64,000 nucleotides of DNA from Rhodanobacteraceae bacterium. Lineage in GTDB: Bacteria; Pseudomonadota; Gammaproteobacteria; Xanthomonadales; Rhodanobacteraceae. Location: NCBI GenBank assembly GCA_036279975.1, contig DASURP010000062.1, positions 35,990-99,989 of the forward strand, read 5' to 3'. Shown here piece by piece: positions 19,002 to 27,537 of the stretch (position 1 is the stretch's first letter; the number at the start of each line of letters is the position of its first letter). A program made the position numbers and the translations under genes. Below the pieces are notes generated by a model. It ran no database searches. It saw only the letters and a program-made list of their open reading frames with translations, and had not been told where the DNA came from.

Positions 19002-19746
19002 GGGGATGACCCTTGTGTTCCAGTTTGAATTCTTCCAGCAACCGCTGGTCTTCGGCGTGCAACGTCAATCCTGCCAGCACATCCGGCCGCTTCAACCAGG
19101 TGCGGCCCAGCGCCTGCTTGCGGCGCCAGCGGCCGATCGCCGCATGGTCGCCGGACAACAACACCGCCGGCACCTCGCCATATTCGTGGCTGACCGGCCG
19201 CGTGTAGTGCGGGCAATCCAGCAAGCCGTCCGAAAACGAATCCTGCAGTGCGGATTGCGCATCGCCCAGCGCGCCTTCCTGCAACCTGCCGACCGCATCG
19301 ACCAGCACCGCCGCGGCGAGTTCGCCGCCCGACAGCACGTAATCGCCGATCGACAATTCCTCGTCGACCTCGTGTTCGATCAGGCGCTCGTCGATCCCTT
19401 CGTAGCGCCCGCACAGCAAAACCACCCGCGGCAGTGCCGCCAATTGCCGCACCTTGTCCTGCGTGAGCCGCTTTCCCTGCGGGCTCAGGTAAATCACCGG
19501 TGCCGGCGTTGCCGTCGCCTTGCGAACCTCGGCCAACGTGCGGCGCAACGGTTCGATCAACATCACCATGCCCGGGCCGCCGCCGCACACGCTGTCATCC
19601 ACGCGGCGGTAACCGCCTTCGGCGTAGTCGCGTGGATTCCACGCTTCCACTTCCAGCAATCCGCGTTCGGCTGCCCGGCCGATCACTCCGAACCCGATGC
19701 ACTGCTGCACGAACTCGGGAAACAACGTGACGACATCGATCCGCAT
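18985..19746 (-). CDS. trmD: tRNA (guanine37-N1)-methyltransferase
   Basis: 253 aa: [12 protein letters not shown]...YEGIDERL...[11 protein letters not shown]. Overlaps rplS by 17 nt. Confidence 0.95.
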   Translation of the reverse strand: MRIDVVTLFPEFVQQCIGFGVIGRAAERGLLEVEAWNPRDYAEGGYRRVDDSVCGGGPGMVMLIEPLRRTLAEVRKATATPAPVIYLSPQGKRLTQDKVRQLAALPRVVLLCGRYEGIDERLIEHEVDEELSIGDYVLSGGELAAAVLVDAVGRLQEGALGDAQSALQDSFSDGLLDCPHYTRPVSHEYGEVPAVLLSGDHAAIGRWRRKQALGRTWLKRPDVLAGLTLHAEDQRLLEEFKLEHKGHPHEQDH

Positions 19747-19758
19747 TGCCGTCCGGCC

Positions 19759-20274
19759 TCAGTCATCTTTGTGCCAGTCGACCGTGATGCGTCCCGCATC
19801 CAGATCGACCGATTTCACGTAAACATCCATCACGTACGGAATCAGGCGCTCGCGTCCGGCCTCGTCGCGCGTCATCAGCACATCGTGCGCGCCGTTGTCG
19901 AACAGGTGACTGACACGACCCAGGTCGTCGCCAGCCGTATTCACCACCCGCAAACCCTCCAGATCCGCCTGGTAATACTCACCGGGCGGCAGGTCCGGCA
20001 GCGCGCCGCGCGGAATCCAGACGCGCACGCCGACCAGGGCCGACGCCGTTTCACGATCCACCACATCCGGCAAGGTTGCGACGATACCCTTGCCCCGTGC
20101 GTGTCCCTGCACTTCGGCGATCTCCTCGAACCGGCCGCCGTCGCGTTCCAGCAACCACGGCTTGTAATCGAAGATCGCCAGCCGCGGCTCGGTGAACGAC
20201 TCCAGCTTCAGTCCACCACGCACGCCATGCACGCCGACGATGCGTCCGAGCAGCACGCGCCGCCCGCCGTTCAT
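19759..20274 (-). CDS. rimM: Ribosome maturation factor RimM
   Basis: Start reset to MNGGRRVLLGRIVGVHGVRGGLKLESF (171 aa), 4 nt after the rpsP stop. Confidence 0.9.
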   Translation of the reverse strand: MNGGRRVLLGRIVGVHGVRGGLKLESFTEPRLAIFDYKPWLLERDGGRFEEIAEVQGHARGKGIVATLPDVVDRETASALVGVRVWIPRGALPDLPPGEYYQADLEGLRVVNTAGDDLGRVSHLFDNGAHDVLMTRDEAGRERLIPYVMDVYVKSVDLDAGRITVDWHKDD

Positions 20275-20278
20275 CGCA

Positions 20279-20539
20279 TCAAGCGGCGGCAGTTTGGCTC
20301 GCCGCTTCCTTCGCCAGCGCGGCAACCTTGTTCGAGCACTGCGCGCCCTTGGCGACCCACGCGCTCAATTTCTCGACGTCCAGCACCAGGCGCTTGTCGT
20401 GCTCGCCGGCGGCACCGGGGTTGAAGTAACCCAGGCGCTCGATGTTGCGACCGTCGCGGGCGCTGCGCTGGTCGGTCACCACCACGTGGTAGAACGGCCG
20501 GCCCTTGGCGCCTGCGCGCGAAAGACGAATACGTACCAT
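20279..20539 (-). CDS. rpsP: 30S ribosomal protein S16
   Basis: 86 aa: [41 protein letters not shown]. Confidence 0.97.
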   Translation of the reverse strand: MVRIRLSRAGAKGRPFYHVVVTDQRSARDGRNIERLGYFNPGAAGEHDKRLVLDVEKLSAWVAKGAQCSNKVAALAKEAASQTAAA

Positions 20540-20635
20540 GATCTATCGACTCCGAAAGAAACGGCCACGGGTGCGGTAGGCACGGCATCCGGGCGCGAGA
20601 AACCGGCGATTGTAGCGGAAATGGAGCGAAAAGCT

Positions 20636-20709
20636 AGGGATGAGGGGCGAGTCGCGAGGGCGCACGCTCAACCGCCCTGTGGGGCGGAGTGCCCTCGCCA
20701 GTCATCCCT
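20636..20709. other. Extended imperfect stem-loop between ffh and rpsP
   Basis: AGGGATGA/TCATCCCT and GGCGAG/CTCGCC outer pairings enclose an inner CCGCCC-TGTG-GGGCGG hairpin. No U-run. Confidence 0.35.
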
Positions 20710-20720
20710 CGTGCCTCGCT

Positions 20721-22088
20721 TCAACGCCGCATTCCGCGTCCGCCCATGCCGCGCATGGCGCCGCCCATCTGCCGCATCAGGCCTTTCATGCCGCCGCGGG
20801 CGAACTTGCCCATCATCTTTTCCATCTGGGTGTACTGCTTCAGCAGGCGATTGACGTCGGCCGGCTGGGTGCCGGAACCGCGCGCCACGCGCGCACGCCG
20901 CGAACCGTTCAGGAGATCGGGATGGCGGCGTTCCTTTTTGGTCATCGAACCGATGATCGCAATCATGCGCTTCACTTCCTTGTCGTTGACCTGCGATTTC
21001 ACCTTGTCGGGCAGGCTCGACACGCCCGGCAATTTTTCCATCAATCCGGCCAGCCCGCCCATGTTCAGCATCTGGTCGAGCTGGTCCTTCATGTCGTCCA
21101 GGTCGAAGCGCTTGCCCTTGGCGACTTTCGCTGCAAGCTTCGCGGCCTTGTCGGCGTCGGTCTTCTGCCGCACGTCCTCGATCAGCGACAACACGTCGCC
21201 CATGCCGAGGATGCGCGTCGCCATGCGGTCGGGGTGGAACGGTTCCAGCGCGTCGGGCTTCTCGCCCGCGCCCAGGAACTTGATCGACCGGCCGGTGATG
21301 TAGCGCACGCTCAATGCCGCGCCGCCGCGCGCATCGCCGTCCACCTTGGTGAGGATCACGCCGGTCAACGGCAACGCATCGGCGAAATGCTTGGCGGTAT
21401 TTGCGGCGTCCTGACCGGTCATCGAATCAACCACGAACAGCGTCTCGACCGGATTCAAGGCCTCGTGCAGCGCCTTGATCTCGGTCATCATCATTTCGTC
21501 GATCGAGGTGCGGCCGGCGGTATCGACGATCAGCACGTCGGCGACTTCACGTTTGGCGGCGTCGACTGCGGCCTGCGCGATCGCGACCGGCTTCTGCCCG
21601 GTCTGCGACGGCACGAAACCTGCGCCAACCTGCCCCGCCAGTGTCTGCAGTTGTTCGATCGCAGCCGGACGATACACGTCGGCGCTGACCACCATCACCT
21701 TCTTCTTGTGGTCGATGAGGTGTTTCGCAAGCTTCGCGACCGTGGTGGTCTTGCCCGCGCCCTGCAGGCCTGCCATCAGCACCACCGCGGGTGGCGTGGC
21801 GGCCAGGTTGAGCGACGCGTTCTGGGTGCCCATCACCGCGGTCAGTTCGTCGCGAACCACCTTGATCAGCGCCTGTCCAGGCGTCAGCGACTTCAGCACT
21901 TCCTGGCCGACCGCACGCACCTTGATGCGCTCGATCAGCGCCTGCACCACCGGCAGCGCGACGTCGGCTTCCAGCAGCGCGACGCGCACTTCGCGCAGCG
22001 CTTCGCGGATGTTTTCCTCGGTCAGCCGCCCGCGCCCGGTCAGCCGCTGGACGGTGGTGGAGAGGCGTTGGGTGAGGTTGTCGAACAT
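20721..22088 (-). CDS. ffh: Signal recognition particle protein Ffh
   Basis: 455 aa. GTPase motifs GLQGAGKTT, DTAGR and TKVDGD, plus a Met-rich C-terminal M domain. Confidence 0.97.
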   Translation of the reverse strand: MFDNLTQRLSTTVQRLTGRGRLTEENIREALREVRVALLEADVALPVVQALIERIKVRAVGQEVLKSLTPGQALIKVVRDELTAVMGTQNASLNLAATPPAVVLMAGLQGAGKTTTVAKLAKHLIDHKKKVMVVSADVYRPAAIEQLQTLAGQVGAGFVPSQTGQKPVAIAQAAVDAAKREVADVLIVDTAGRTSIDEMMMTEIKALHEALNPVETLFVVDSMTGQDAANTAKHFADALPLTGVILTKVDGDARGGAALSVRYITGRSIKFLGAGEKPDALEPFHPDRMATRILGMGDVLSLIEDVRQKTDADKAAKLAAKVAKGKRFDLDDMKDQLDQMLNMGGLAGLMEKLPGVSSLPDKVKSQVNDKEVKRMIAIIGSMTKKERRHPDLLNGSRRARVARGSGTQPADVNRLLKQYTQMEKMMGKFARGGMKGLMRQMGGAMRGMGGRGMRR

Positions 22089-22145
22089 GGCGAAGTCACG
22101 AACGTCGGAACCGCCAGTTTAGCGGAGACCGCCGGCGAGCCGCGA

Positions 22146-23534
22146 TCACCGCGCCGGCTGCGCCTTGATCCAGTTCGCGATGTCGGCGACCACTTTCGAA
22201 TCGACATGGGCGGGCTTCGCGTAGTCAGCGGGCGTACCGGTCGTGCCCGCCGACGTGAACAGATGACTCAAGCCCGGATACAGATGGAACGTCACGTTCG
22301 ACCTGCCGGCGAGCGCCTGCTTCCATGCGTCGAAATCCAGCGTCGGCGAGACCTGGAAATCGCTGCCGCCCTGCAGAATCAAAATGGGCATGGGCAACGA
22401 CTTCGCAACGGCAACCTGATCGTATTCGTGCAGACTGAACCACCACGTTTGCGGCACGCCATCGAACGATCCCACTGGTGGATGTTGCGGGTCGGCCTTG
22501 TCCAGCAGCGCCTGTTCATCCGCGAGCGCTTTTTCCTCCGCGTCGATGCTTGCCTTCGGCAATCCGACGCGTTCTCCCTGCTCACGCACTTGCCCGCGCA
22601 TTACCGTGAGCAGCTTGCGTGCCGGAGCCGCAAGCATGATCACTCCAGCGAGTTGCGGATCGCGTCGACCGATGCCCGGCGCGAGCATCCCGCCCTCGCT
22701 ATGGCCCAGCACGAACACACGTTGCGGATCGATGCCTTTCTGCTTCGCCAACAAGCGCGCTGCCGTGAGCGCATCGTCGGTTTCTTCCTCGTCGACGGTG
22801 AGATGCGCGTTGACGCCCATCTTCAAACCGTAATCGGTTTGCCGCTTGTCGTAGCGCAACGAGGCAATACCCGCGGCCGCGAGCCCGTCCGCGACATCCC
22901 GGAACGGCTTGCTGGCACCAACCGCCTCATCCAGATCGTTGGGTCCCGATCCGCCCACCAGCACCACCGCCGGGAACGGCCTGCTGCCCTTGGGCAACGT
23001 CAACGCACCGCGCAACGGCCCGAACGGCGACGAGATGGACAACGGTTCCACACGCACGCCATTGGCTTCGATCATGGCCTTGACCGGCGCCTTGGCTCCG
23101 GCCTCCCTGCGCGATGCCTCGATCGCTGCATCCAGTTGCCCGGCCGACATCAACTGCGCGGCGGTGATCCGGCCCTGGTCGTCGCAGCCGTAGACGAAAT
23201 CCCACTGCGCGTGCGCGAAGGCCACGGGCGTTACTGCCAGCGCTTGCCCGCGGATGTCGCGGATTTCCGTGGCGCCGCGTGATCGATATGCACCCGCGGA
23301 CGCCTGCACGGTTTTCCACGCCTGCGCGATCTTCGCCGGCGGAAACTGGCCTGCCATCGCGGGCGCGAAATCCCTGGCTGCGGCTTGGTAGTCGCCATGC
23401 GTGAGCGCGGCAACGGACGCGCTGGAACGCATCACGCACGTGGACGCCGCCGCGGCGATCGCCGTGGACGAGAACGCAATGCCGAGCAACACCGCCGTCG
23501 GGCGCATGCCGAAATATACCGTGCACCTTTTCAT
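22146..23534 (-). CDS. Secreted alpha/beta hydrolase with an N-terminal extra domain
   Basis: Only the last 462 aa of track ORF 22146..24209 are credible, from MKRCTVYFGMRPTAVLLGIAFSSTAIAAAAS (alternative start 23507). Nucleophile elbow VLGHSEGG, later GGSDFQV and LSHLF. The first 225 codons of the ORF are antisense to sdpI. Confidence 0.75.
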   Translation of the reverse strand: MKRCTVYFGMRPTAVLLGIAFSSTAIAAAASTCVMRSSASVAALTHGDYQAAARDFAPAMAGQFPPAKIAQAWKTVQASAGAYRSRGATEIRDIRGQALAVTPVAFAHAQWDFVYGCDDQGRITAAQLMSAGQLDAAIEASRREAGAKAPVKAMIEANGVRVEPLSISSPFGPLRGALTLPKGSRPFPAVVLVGGSGPNDLDEAVGASKPFRDVADGLAAAGIASLRYDKRQTDYGLKMGVNAHLTVDEEETDDALTAARLLAKQKGIDPQRVFVLGHSEGGMLAPGIGRRDPQLAGVIMLAAPARKLLTVMRGQVREQGERVGLPKASIDAEEKALADEQALLDKADPQHPPVGSFDGVPQTWWFSLHEYDQVAVAKSLPMPILILQGGSDFQVSPTLDFDAWKQALAGRSNVTFHLYPGLSHLFTSAGTTGTPADYAKPAHVDSKVVADIANWIKAQPAR

Positions 23535-23542
23535 TGCAAGTC

Positions 23543-24196
23543 TCAGCCGGTACCCGGGCGGTCTTCGACACGCCGATACAGAAAGTACGAATAGATCGCC
23601 GGAATGAAACCGGCCGCGAGCGCCGCAACGACCAATACGGCCGGCGACACGTGCAGCAGCCCGCCCACGATCCACGCCAGTCCCGCCAGCACGAACAACC
23701 ATCCGGCGAGCCGATGCGTACGCTCCCAGACCACATCGCTGGTGAGCGTCCACGGCGTGCGGATGCCGATGAAGAAATTCTTGCGGAACTTGCCCATGAA
23801 GTTCCCGATCACGATCAACAACGCACCCACTGCGACCGGCGCGACGAGTTCCATCGAGACGTGATGGCCGGCACCCGCGAACAATGCGACCGTACCGACG
23901 ACCAGCAGGAACGCCTGCGTCGCCAGCACTACGATCCCGTAAACCCGTGCGAACGGGGCGATCTCGAACTTGCGCGGTGAAATCACCGGCAGGATCGCGA
24001 ACAACAGCGCCAGGCCGACCATCAGCATTACGGGAACCGCGGCCGCCCAGAACCGCGGCGCCCAGCCGTTGGCGACGCCGTTGGCGTCCCAGTGGATCGC
24101 CGCCTGCGCAGGCAGCTGCGGATAAATCCACGCCGCTACGCCCAGCATCAGCAGGATGAAAACCAGGGAGATGATCCACGTGCCCGTCTGCTTCAT
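23543..24196 (-). CDS. SdpI-family integral membrane protein (DUF1648 + SdpI)
   Basis: 217 aa with about six TM segments. YPQLPAQAAIHWDANGVANGW N-terminal motif and GIRTPWTLTSDVVWERTHR core typical of SdpI/YfhL-type proteins. ATGA overlap with sdpR; 8-nt gap to the hydrolase. Confidence 0.75.
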   Translation of the reverse strand: MKQTGTWIISLVFILLMLGVAAWIYPQLPAQAAIHWDANGVANGWAPRFWAAAVPVMLMVGLALLFAILPVISPRKFEIAPFARVYGIVVLATQAFLLVVGTVALFAGAGHHVSMELVAPVAVGALLIVIGNFMGKFRKNFFIGIRTPWTLTSDVVWERTHRLAGWLFVLAGLAWIVGGLLHVSPAVLVVAALAAGFIPAIYSYFLYRRVEDRPGTG

Positions 24197-24480
24197 TTGC
24201 CCTCTCCACGCCCGCGCCTCGCGGGAACCAGGTCCAGTACCAGCCGGGTCAGGTCTTCCATCACCGAAGTGTTCAGCGAATACACGATGTTGCGCCCGCG
24301 GCGTTCGGTGCGTACCAGGTCGGCGGCCTTCAGCACGCCGAAGTGGTGCGACAGCGTCGCGCCGGTCATGTCGAACATCGCCCCGATCTCGCCCGCGCTC
24401 AGCGCACCCTTTTGCAGGCGCTTCAGAATCGCGCGGCGGGTGGGGTCGGCGAGTGCACGGAACACCTCCTGCTGTTTCAT
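24193..24480 (-). CDS. ArsR/SmtB-family (SdpR-like) transcriptional autorepressor
   Basis: MKQQEVFRALADPTRRAILKRLQKGALSAGEIGAMFDMTGATLSHHFGVLKAADLV is a wHTH of the ArsR/SdpR type. Start chosen at the third in-frame ATG (95 aa) because the palindrome at 24510-24529 would otherwise lie inside the ORF. Alternatives are 24507 and 24543. Confidence 0.7.
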   Translation of the reverse strand: MKQQEVFRALADPTRRAILKRLQKGALSAGEIGAMFDMTGATLSHHFGVLKAADLVRTERRGRNIVYSLNTSVMEDLTRLVLDLVPARRGRGEGK

Positions 24481-24509
24481 GGATTCGACTTGGGTCGCGG
24501 CCGGCATAT

Positions 24510-24529
24510 ATTTAGATAACTGTCTAAAT
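24510..24529. promoter_or_regulatory. Putative SdpR/ArsR operator (ATTTAGA-N6-TCTAAAT)
   Basis: Perfect 7-bp inverted repeat in the only AT-rich patch of the sdpR / ypjD divergent region. Confidence 0.45.
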
Positions 24530-24611
24530 ACTACATGTGCCATGAGTCACGCACAAGCCCGTGGCACGGCGGTGCTGGAACAAGTGCCCAACGCCGTGCG
24601 ACACTTGTTCG

Positions 24612-25427
24612 ATGCCCGCCCACTCGACCACGATGGAACTGCTGGCGGTTTTGGCGATCGCCCTGTATCTCGCCGCCGCGGCTGGCTTGGCGCGCCCGCT
24701 GTTGAACCAGCAGGCCGTGCCGCGCCGCGCCGTGCTGGTGGCCGGTGCGGTCGCCGTGCTGCTGCATTTCGGGGTGCTGTTCGGGATCCACCGCGGCGCG
24801 GTGGACCTGCATTTCTACGCGGCGCTTTCGCTGGTCTCGGCGGTGATCGCGGCGCTGACCCTGATCGTGAACCTCACACGTCCGGTCGCGGCGCTCGGGA
24901 TCATCCTGTTTCCGCTGGCGGGATTGTTCCTCGCGATCGACGAATTCCTGGCCCCGCCGACCGCGCCCTTCCCGCTCGACTGGCAGATCGGCCTGCACGT
25001 GGCCATCGCGCTGCTGGCCTACAGCCTGCTTGCGATCGCGGCGGTATTGGCGCTGCTCCTGGCAACGCAGGAACAGGCCCTGCGCACCCGCCAACTGGGC
25101 ACCTGGGCCGGCGCGTTGCCGCCGCTGACCCGGACCGAATCGCTGATGTTCAAGCTGATCGGCGCGGGCTTCGCGCTGCTGACGCTCACACTGCTTTCCG
25201 GCGTGCTGTTCGTGCACAACCTGCGCGCCCAGCACCAGGCGCACACGGCGATCCTGTCGCTGGTCGCGTGGATCATCTTCGGGGTGCTGCTGTTCGGACG
25301 CCGGCGCTGGGGCTGGCGCGGGCGCCGGGCGATCTACCTGACCCTGGCCGGCATGGCGATCCTGCTGCTGGCGTTCTTCGGCTCGAAGTTCGTGCTGGAA
25401 ATGATCCTGCACCGGAGCGGGATGTAG
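24612..25427 (+). CDS. ypjD: Cytochrome c assembly family inner-membrane protein (YpjD/CcsA-like)
   Basis: Colinear from memory with E. coli YpjD (..PPLxxxExxMFKxIxxGFxLLTLTLxSG..VAWxIFGxLL..GWRGRR..). Start uncertain: ATG 24612 or 24633, with the track ORF starting at 24561. Confidence 0.8.
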   Translation: MPAHSTTMELLAVLAIALYLAAAAGLARPLLNQQAVPRRAVLVAGAVAVLLHFGVLFGIHRGAVDLHFYAALSLVSAVIAALTLIVNLTRPVAALGIILFPLAGLFLAIDEFLAPPTAPFPLDWQIGLHVAIALLAYSLLAIAAVLALLLATQEQALRTRQLGTWAGALPPLTRTESLMFKLIGAGFALLTLTLLSGVLFVHNLRAQHQAHTAILSLVAWIIFGVLLFGRRRWGWRGRRAIYLTLAGMAILLLAFFGSKFVLEMILHRSGM

Positions 25428-25500
25428 GCCACGTGCAAGCCGTACGCGGTTGTGCAAACATCGCGGCGTTTGCGGTGGTCCTGCCCGTCCCGGAGTTTCC

Positions 25501-27528
25501 ATGACATCTTCGATCGGTTCCACGCGGCTGTGGAATGAAAGTGCGCGCCGTGGTGAGCGCAACGCGACCTGTTGCCTGCTGGCGGCGTGCCTCGTCTGGT
25601 TCGCGATCGGCACAGCGCGCGCCGATGCCACGCTGGATCCGTCGCTGCTGCCCGCGATCCAGTCGGCGACCTTCGAGGTCGTGGCCGCCAAGCCGAAGGA
25701 CAGCCTGGGCTACGAGAAGCCGCTGCCGCTGGACCTATTGCCGTACCAGGAACGCACCGACAAGTACTATTCGATCGGCACCGCGTTCGCGATCGGCCCC
25801 AACCGCTACGTCACCGCCGCGCACGTGCTGATGATCGGCTACCAGAGCCTGTGGGGGCCGCCGGAACTGCGCGACGCCTCGGGCAAAGTCCACGCGATCG
25901 GCCAGGTCGAAAAATTCGCGCTGCGCCGCGACTTCGTGGTGTTCTCGCTGAAAGACCCGCCGCAGGTCGCGCCGCTGCCGATCGACGCCAAACCCGCCCT
26001 GAACCAGGTGGTGTATTCGGTCGGCAACGCGCTCGGCACCGGGGTCGTGATCCGCAATGGCCTGTACACCTCCAACACGCCCGAGGCCCAGGACGGCGAG
26101 TGGAAGTGGATTCGCTTCTCCGCCGCCGCCTCGCCCGGCAACAGCGGCGGTCCCTTGCTCGATGAGCACGGCAAGGTGATCGGCGTGGTGTTGATGAAAT
26201 CGCCCAACGAGAACCTGAACTACGCGCTGCCGATGCAGGAAGTGCTGGATGCGCCGAAGGACAGCGCGCGTTTCGACAAGCGCATGGCCTACCAGTTCGA
26301 TGTGTTCGACTCCACGCTCAGCGGCACCTTCAAGGGCGAGTTCAAATTGCCGTTGTCGCTGGCCGGTTTCTTCGCCGCCTATGCGCAGGCATTCCACCCG
26401 TACCTCGACTCGCAGCTCAAGGCGCTGCTGGACCAGCAGTCGGCCAGCCTGTTCCCGGACGGCGAAGGTGCACACCAGCTGCTCTACAGCGGACCGTCGA
26501 TGGGCGATTTCCCGCAGATCGTCACGCGCAACAGCGATGGCGTGTGGACGACCAGCGGCCAATCCACCACCCGGATCAGCCTGTCCGCCAACGGTTACAT
26601 CGAGGGCGGCGTGGTGGCCGGCAACATCCTGTTCCACCTGCGCAAGCCCGACAACGTGTCCGGGGCGGCTTTCCACCACGACCCCAAGGGCACGATGGGC
26701 CTGTTGCTGAAAACCGGTTTTCTGAAACGCACGATCGGTCCGGAAAGGATCATGGTGACATCGCTGGGCGCACCGAGCGATACCGGCAGCTGGACCGACC
26801 GCTGGGGCCGCCACTGGCAAACCTGGGCGTGGACCATACCGTACGCCAATGCCTTTGCCAGCCTGTTCGCGCTGCCGACGCCGGATGGCTACTCGCTGCT
26901 GATGCGCCTGGAGCCGGCGAACTCGCGGCACGACACCGCGATCAACATGCGCGCGCTCACCGATTTCGTGAGCCTGCCCTACGACGGCACGCTCGCGCAA
27001 TGGAAGGCGTTTCTGGCCGAGGGCGACCTGCTTCCGGATGCGTTCAAGGACATCCGGATCGATTTCGACTACGACAAGGATTTCCGCTACGACTCGTCGC
27101 GGCTCGCATTCTCTTTCACGCCCGCCCTGCAGGGGATCCATGCCGACAGCATGCTCACGCTGGGCTTCACGTTTTTCCCCGATGCTGACGGCAAGGTGGC
27201 GTGGGACGTGGGCCAGGTGTGGCTGGCCGGGGACAACCACGACCACCACTGGGTCAGCCTGCTGCGCAACCAGGCGCCGTCTGCCGATCTCGACGACAGT
27301 TACCAGAGCTTCTGGAAGAAGATCGCGGACCGCCGCCATCCCTACGACGGCCAGGCCTACACCGACAGCGACACCACCAGGATCAACGCGGTGGTGCCGC
27401 CCGCACCCACCGGCAAAGCATCGGTCCTCTACACCGCCTATGTGTACCAGCCCGGCACCCAGCCACAAGCCGAGATGAAACAGAAACTGGATTTGCTGCT
27501 GAAGAACGTCAAGGTCAAGGAACCATGA
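25501..27528 (+). CDS. Secreted trypsin-like (S1) serine protease with a large uncharacterised C-terminal region
   Basis: Start at MTSSIGS (GGAG 5 nt upstream), 675 aa. Signal peptide ...AIGTARA-DA. Triad context TAAHVL / RRDFVVF / GNSGGPLL. About 400 residues after the protease domain match nothing I recognise, and there is no PDZ-like sequence. Confidence 0.75.
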   Translation: MTSSIGSTRLWNESARRGERNATCCLLAACLVWFAIGTARADATLDPSLLPAIQSATFEVVAAKPKDSLGYEKPLPLDLLPYQERTDKYYSIGTAFAIGPNRYVTAAHVLMIGYQSLWGPPELRDASGKVHAIGQVEKFALRRDFVVFSLKDPPQVAPLPIDAKPALNQVVYSVGNALGTGVVIRNGLYTSNTPEAQDGEWKWIRFSAAASPGNSGGPLLDEHGKVIGVVLMKSPNENLNYALPMQEVLDAPKDSARFDKRMAYQFDVFDSTLSGTFKGEFKLPLSLAGFFAAYAQAFHPYLDSQLKALLDQQSASLFPDGEGAHQLLYSGPSMGDFPQIVTRNSDGVWTTSGQSTTRISLSANGYIEGGVVAGNILFHLRKPDNVSGAAFHHDPKGTMGLLLKTGFLKRTIGPERIMVTSLGAPSDTGSWTDRWGRHWQTWAWTIPYANAFASLFALPTPDGYSLLMRLEPANSRHDTAINMRALTDFVSLPYDGTLAQWKAFLAEGDLLPDAFKDIRIDFDYDKDFRYDSSRLAFSFTPALQGIHADSMLTLGFTFFPDADGKVAWDVGQVWLAGDNHDHHWVSLLRNQAPSADLDDSYQSFWKKIADRRHPYDGQAYTDSDTTRINAVVPPAPTGKASVLYTAYVYQPGTQPQAEMKQKLDLLLKNVKVKEP

Positions 27529-27537
27529 CGCCGGATT

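Noticed and set aside
20648-20663. 16-mer CGAGTCG(C/T)GAGGGCGC shared between 20648-63 and 50285-300
   Set aside because: My back-of-envelope estimate is that tens of 15/16 matches are expected by chance among all position pairs in 64 kb of GC-rich DNA. This is not evidence for a repeat family by itself.
23535-24209. Reading the alpha/beta hydrolase as a 687-aa protein
   Set aside because: The first 225 codons are antisense to the well-formed SdpI membrane protein and are Arg/Gly-rich. A signal-peptide start (MKRCTV.../MRPTAVLLG...) lies at 23534/23507.
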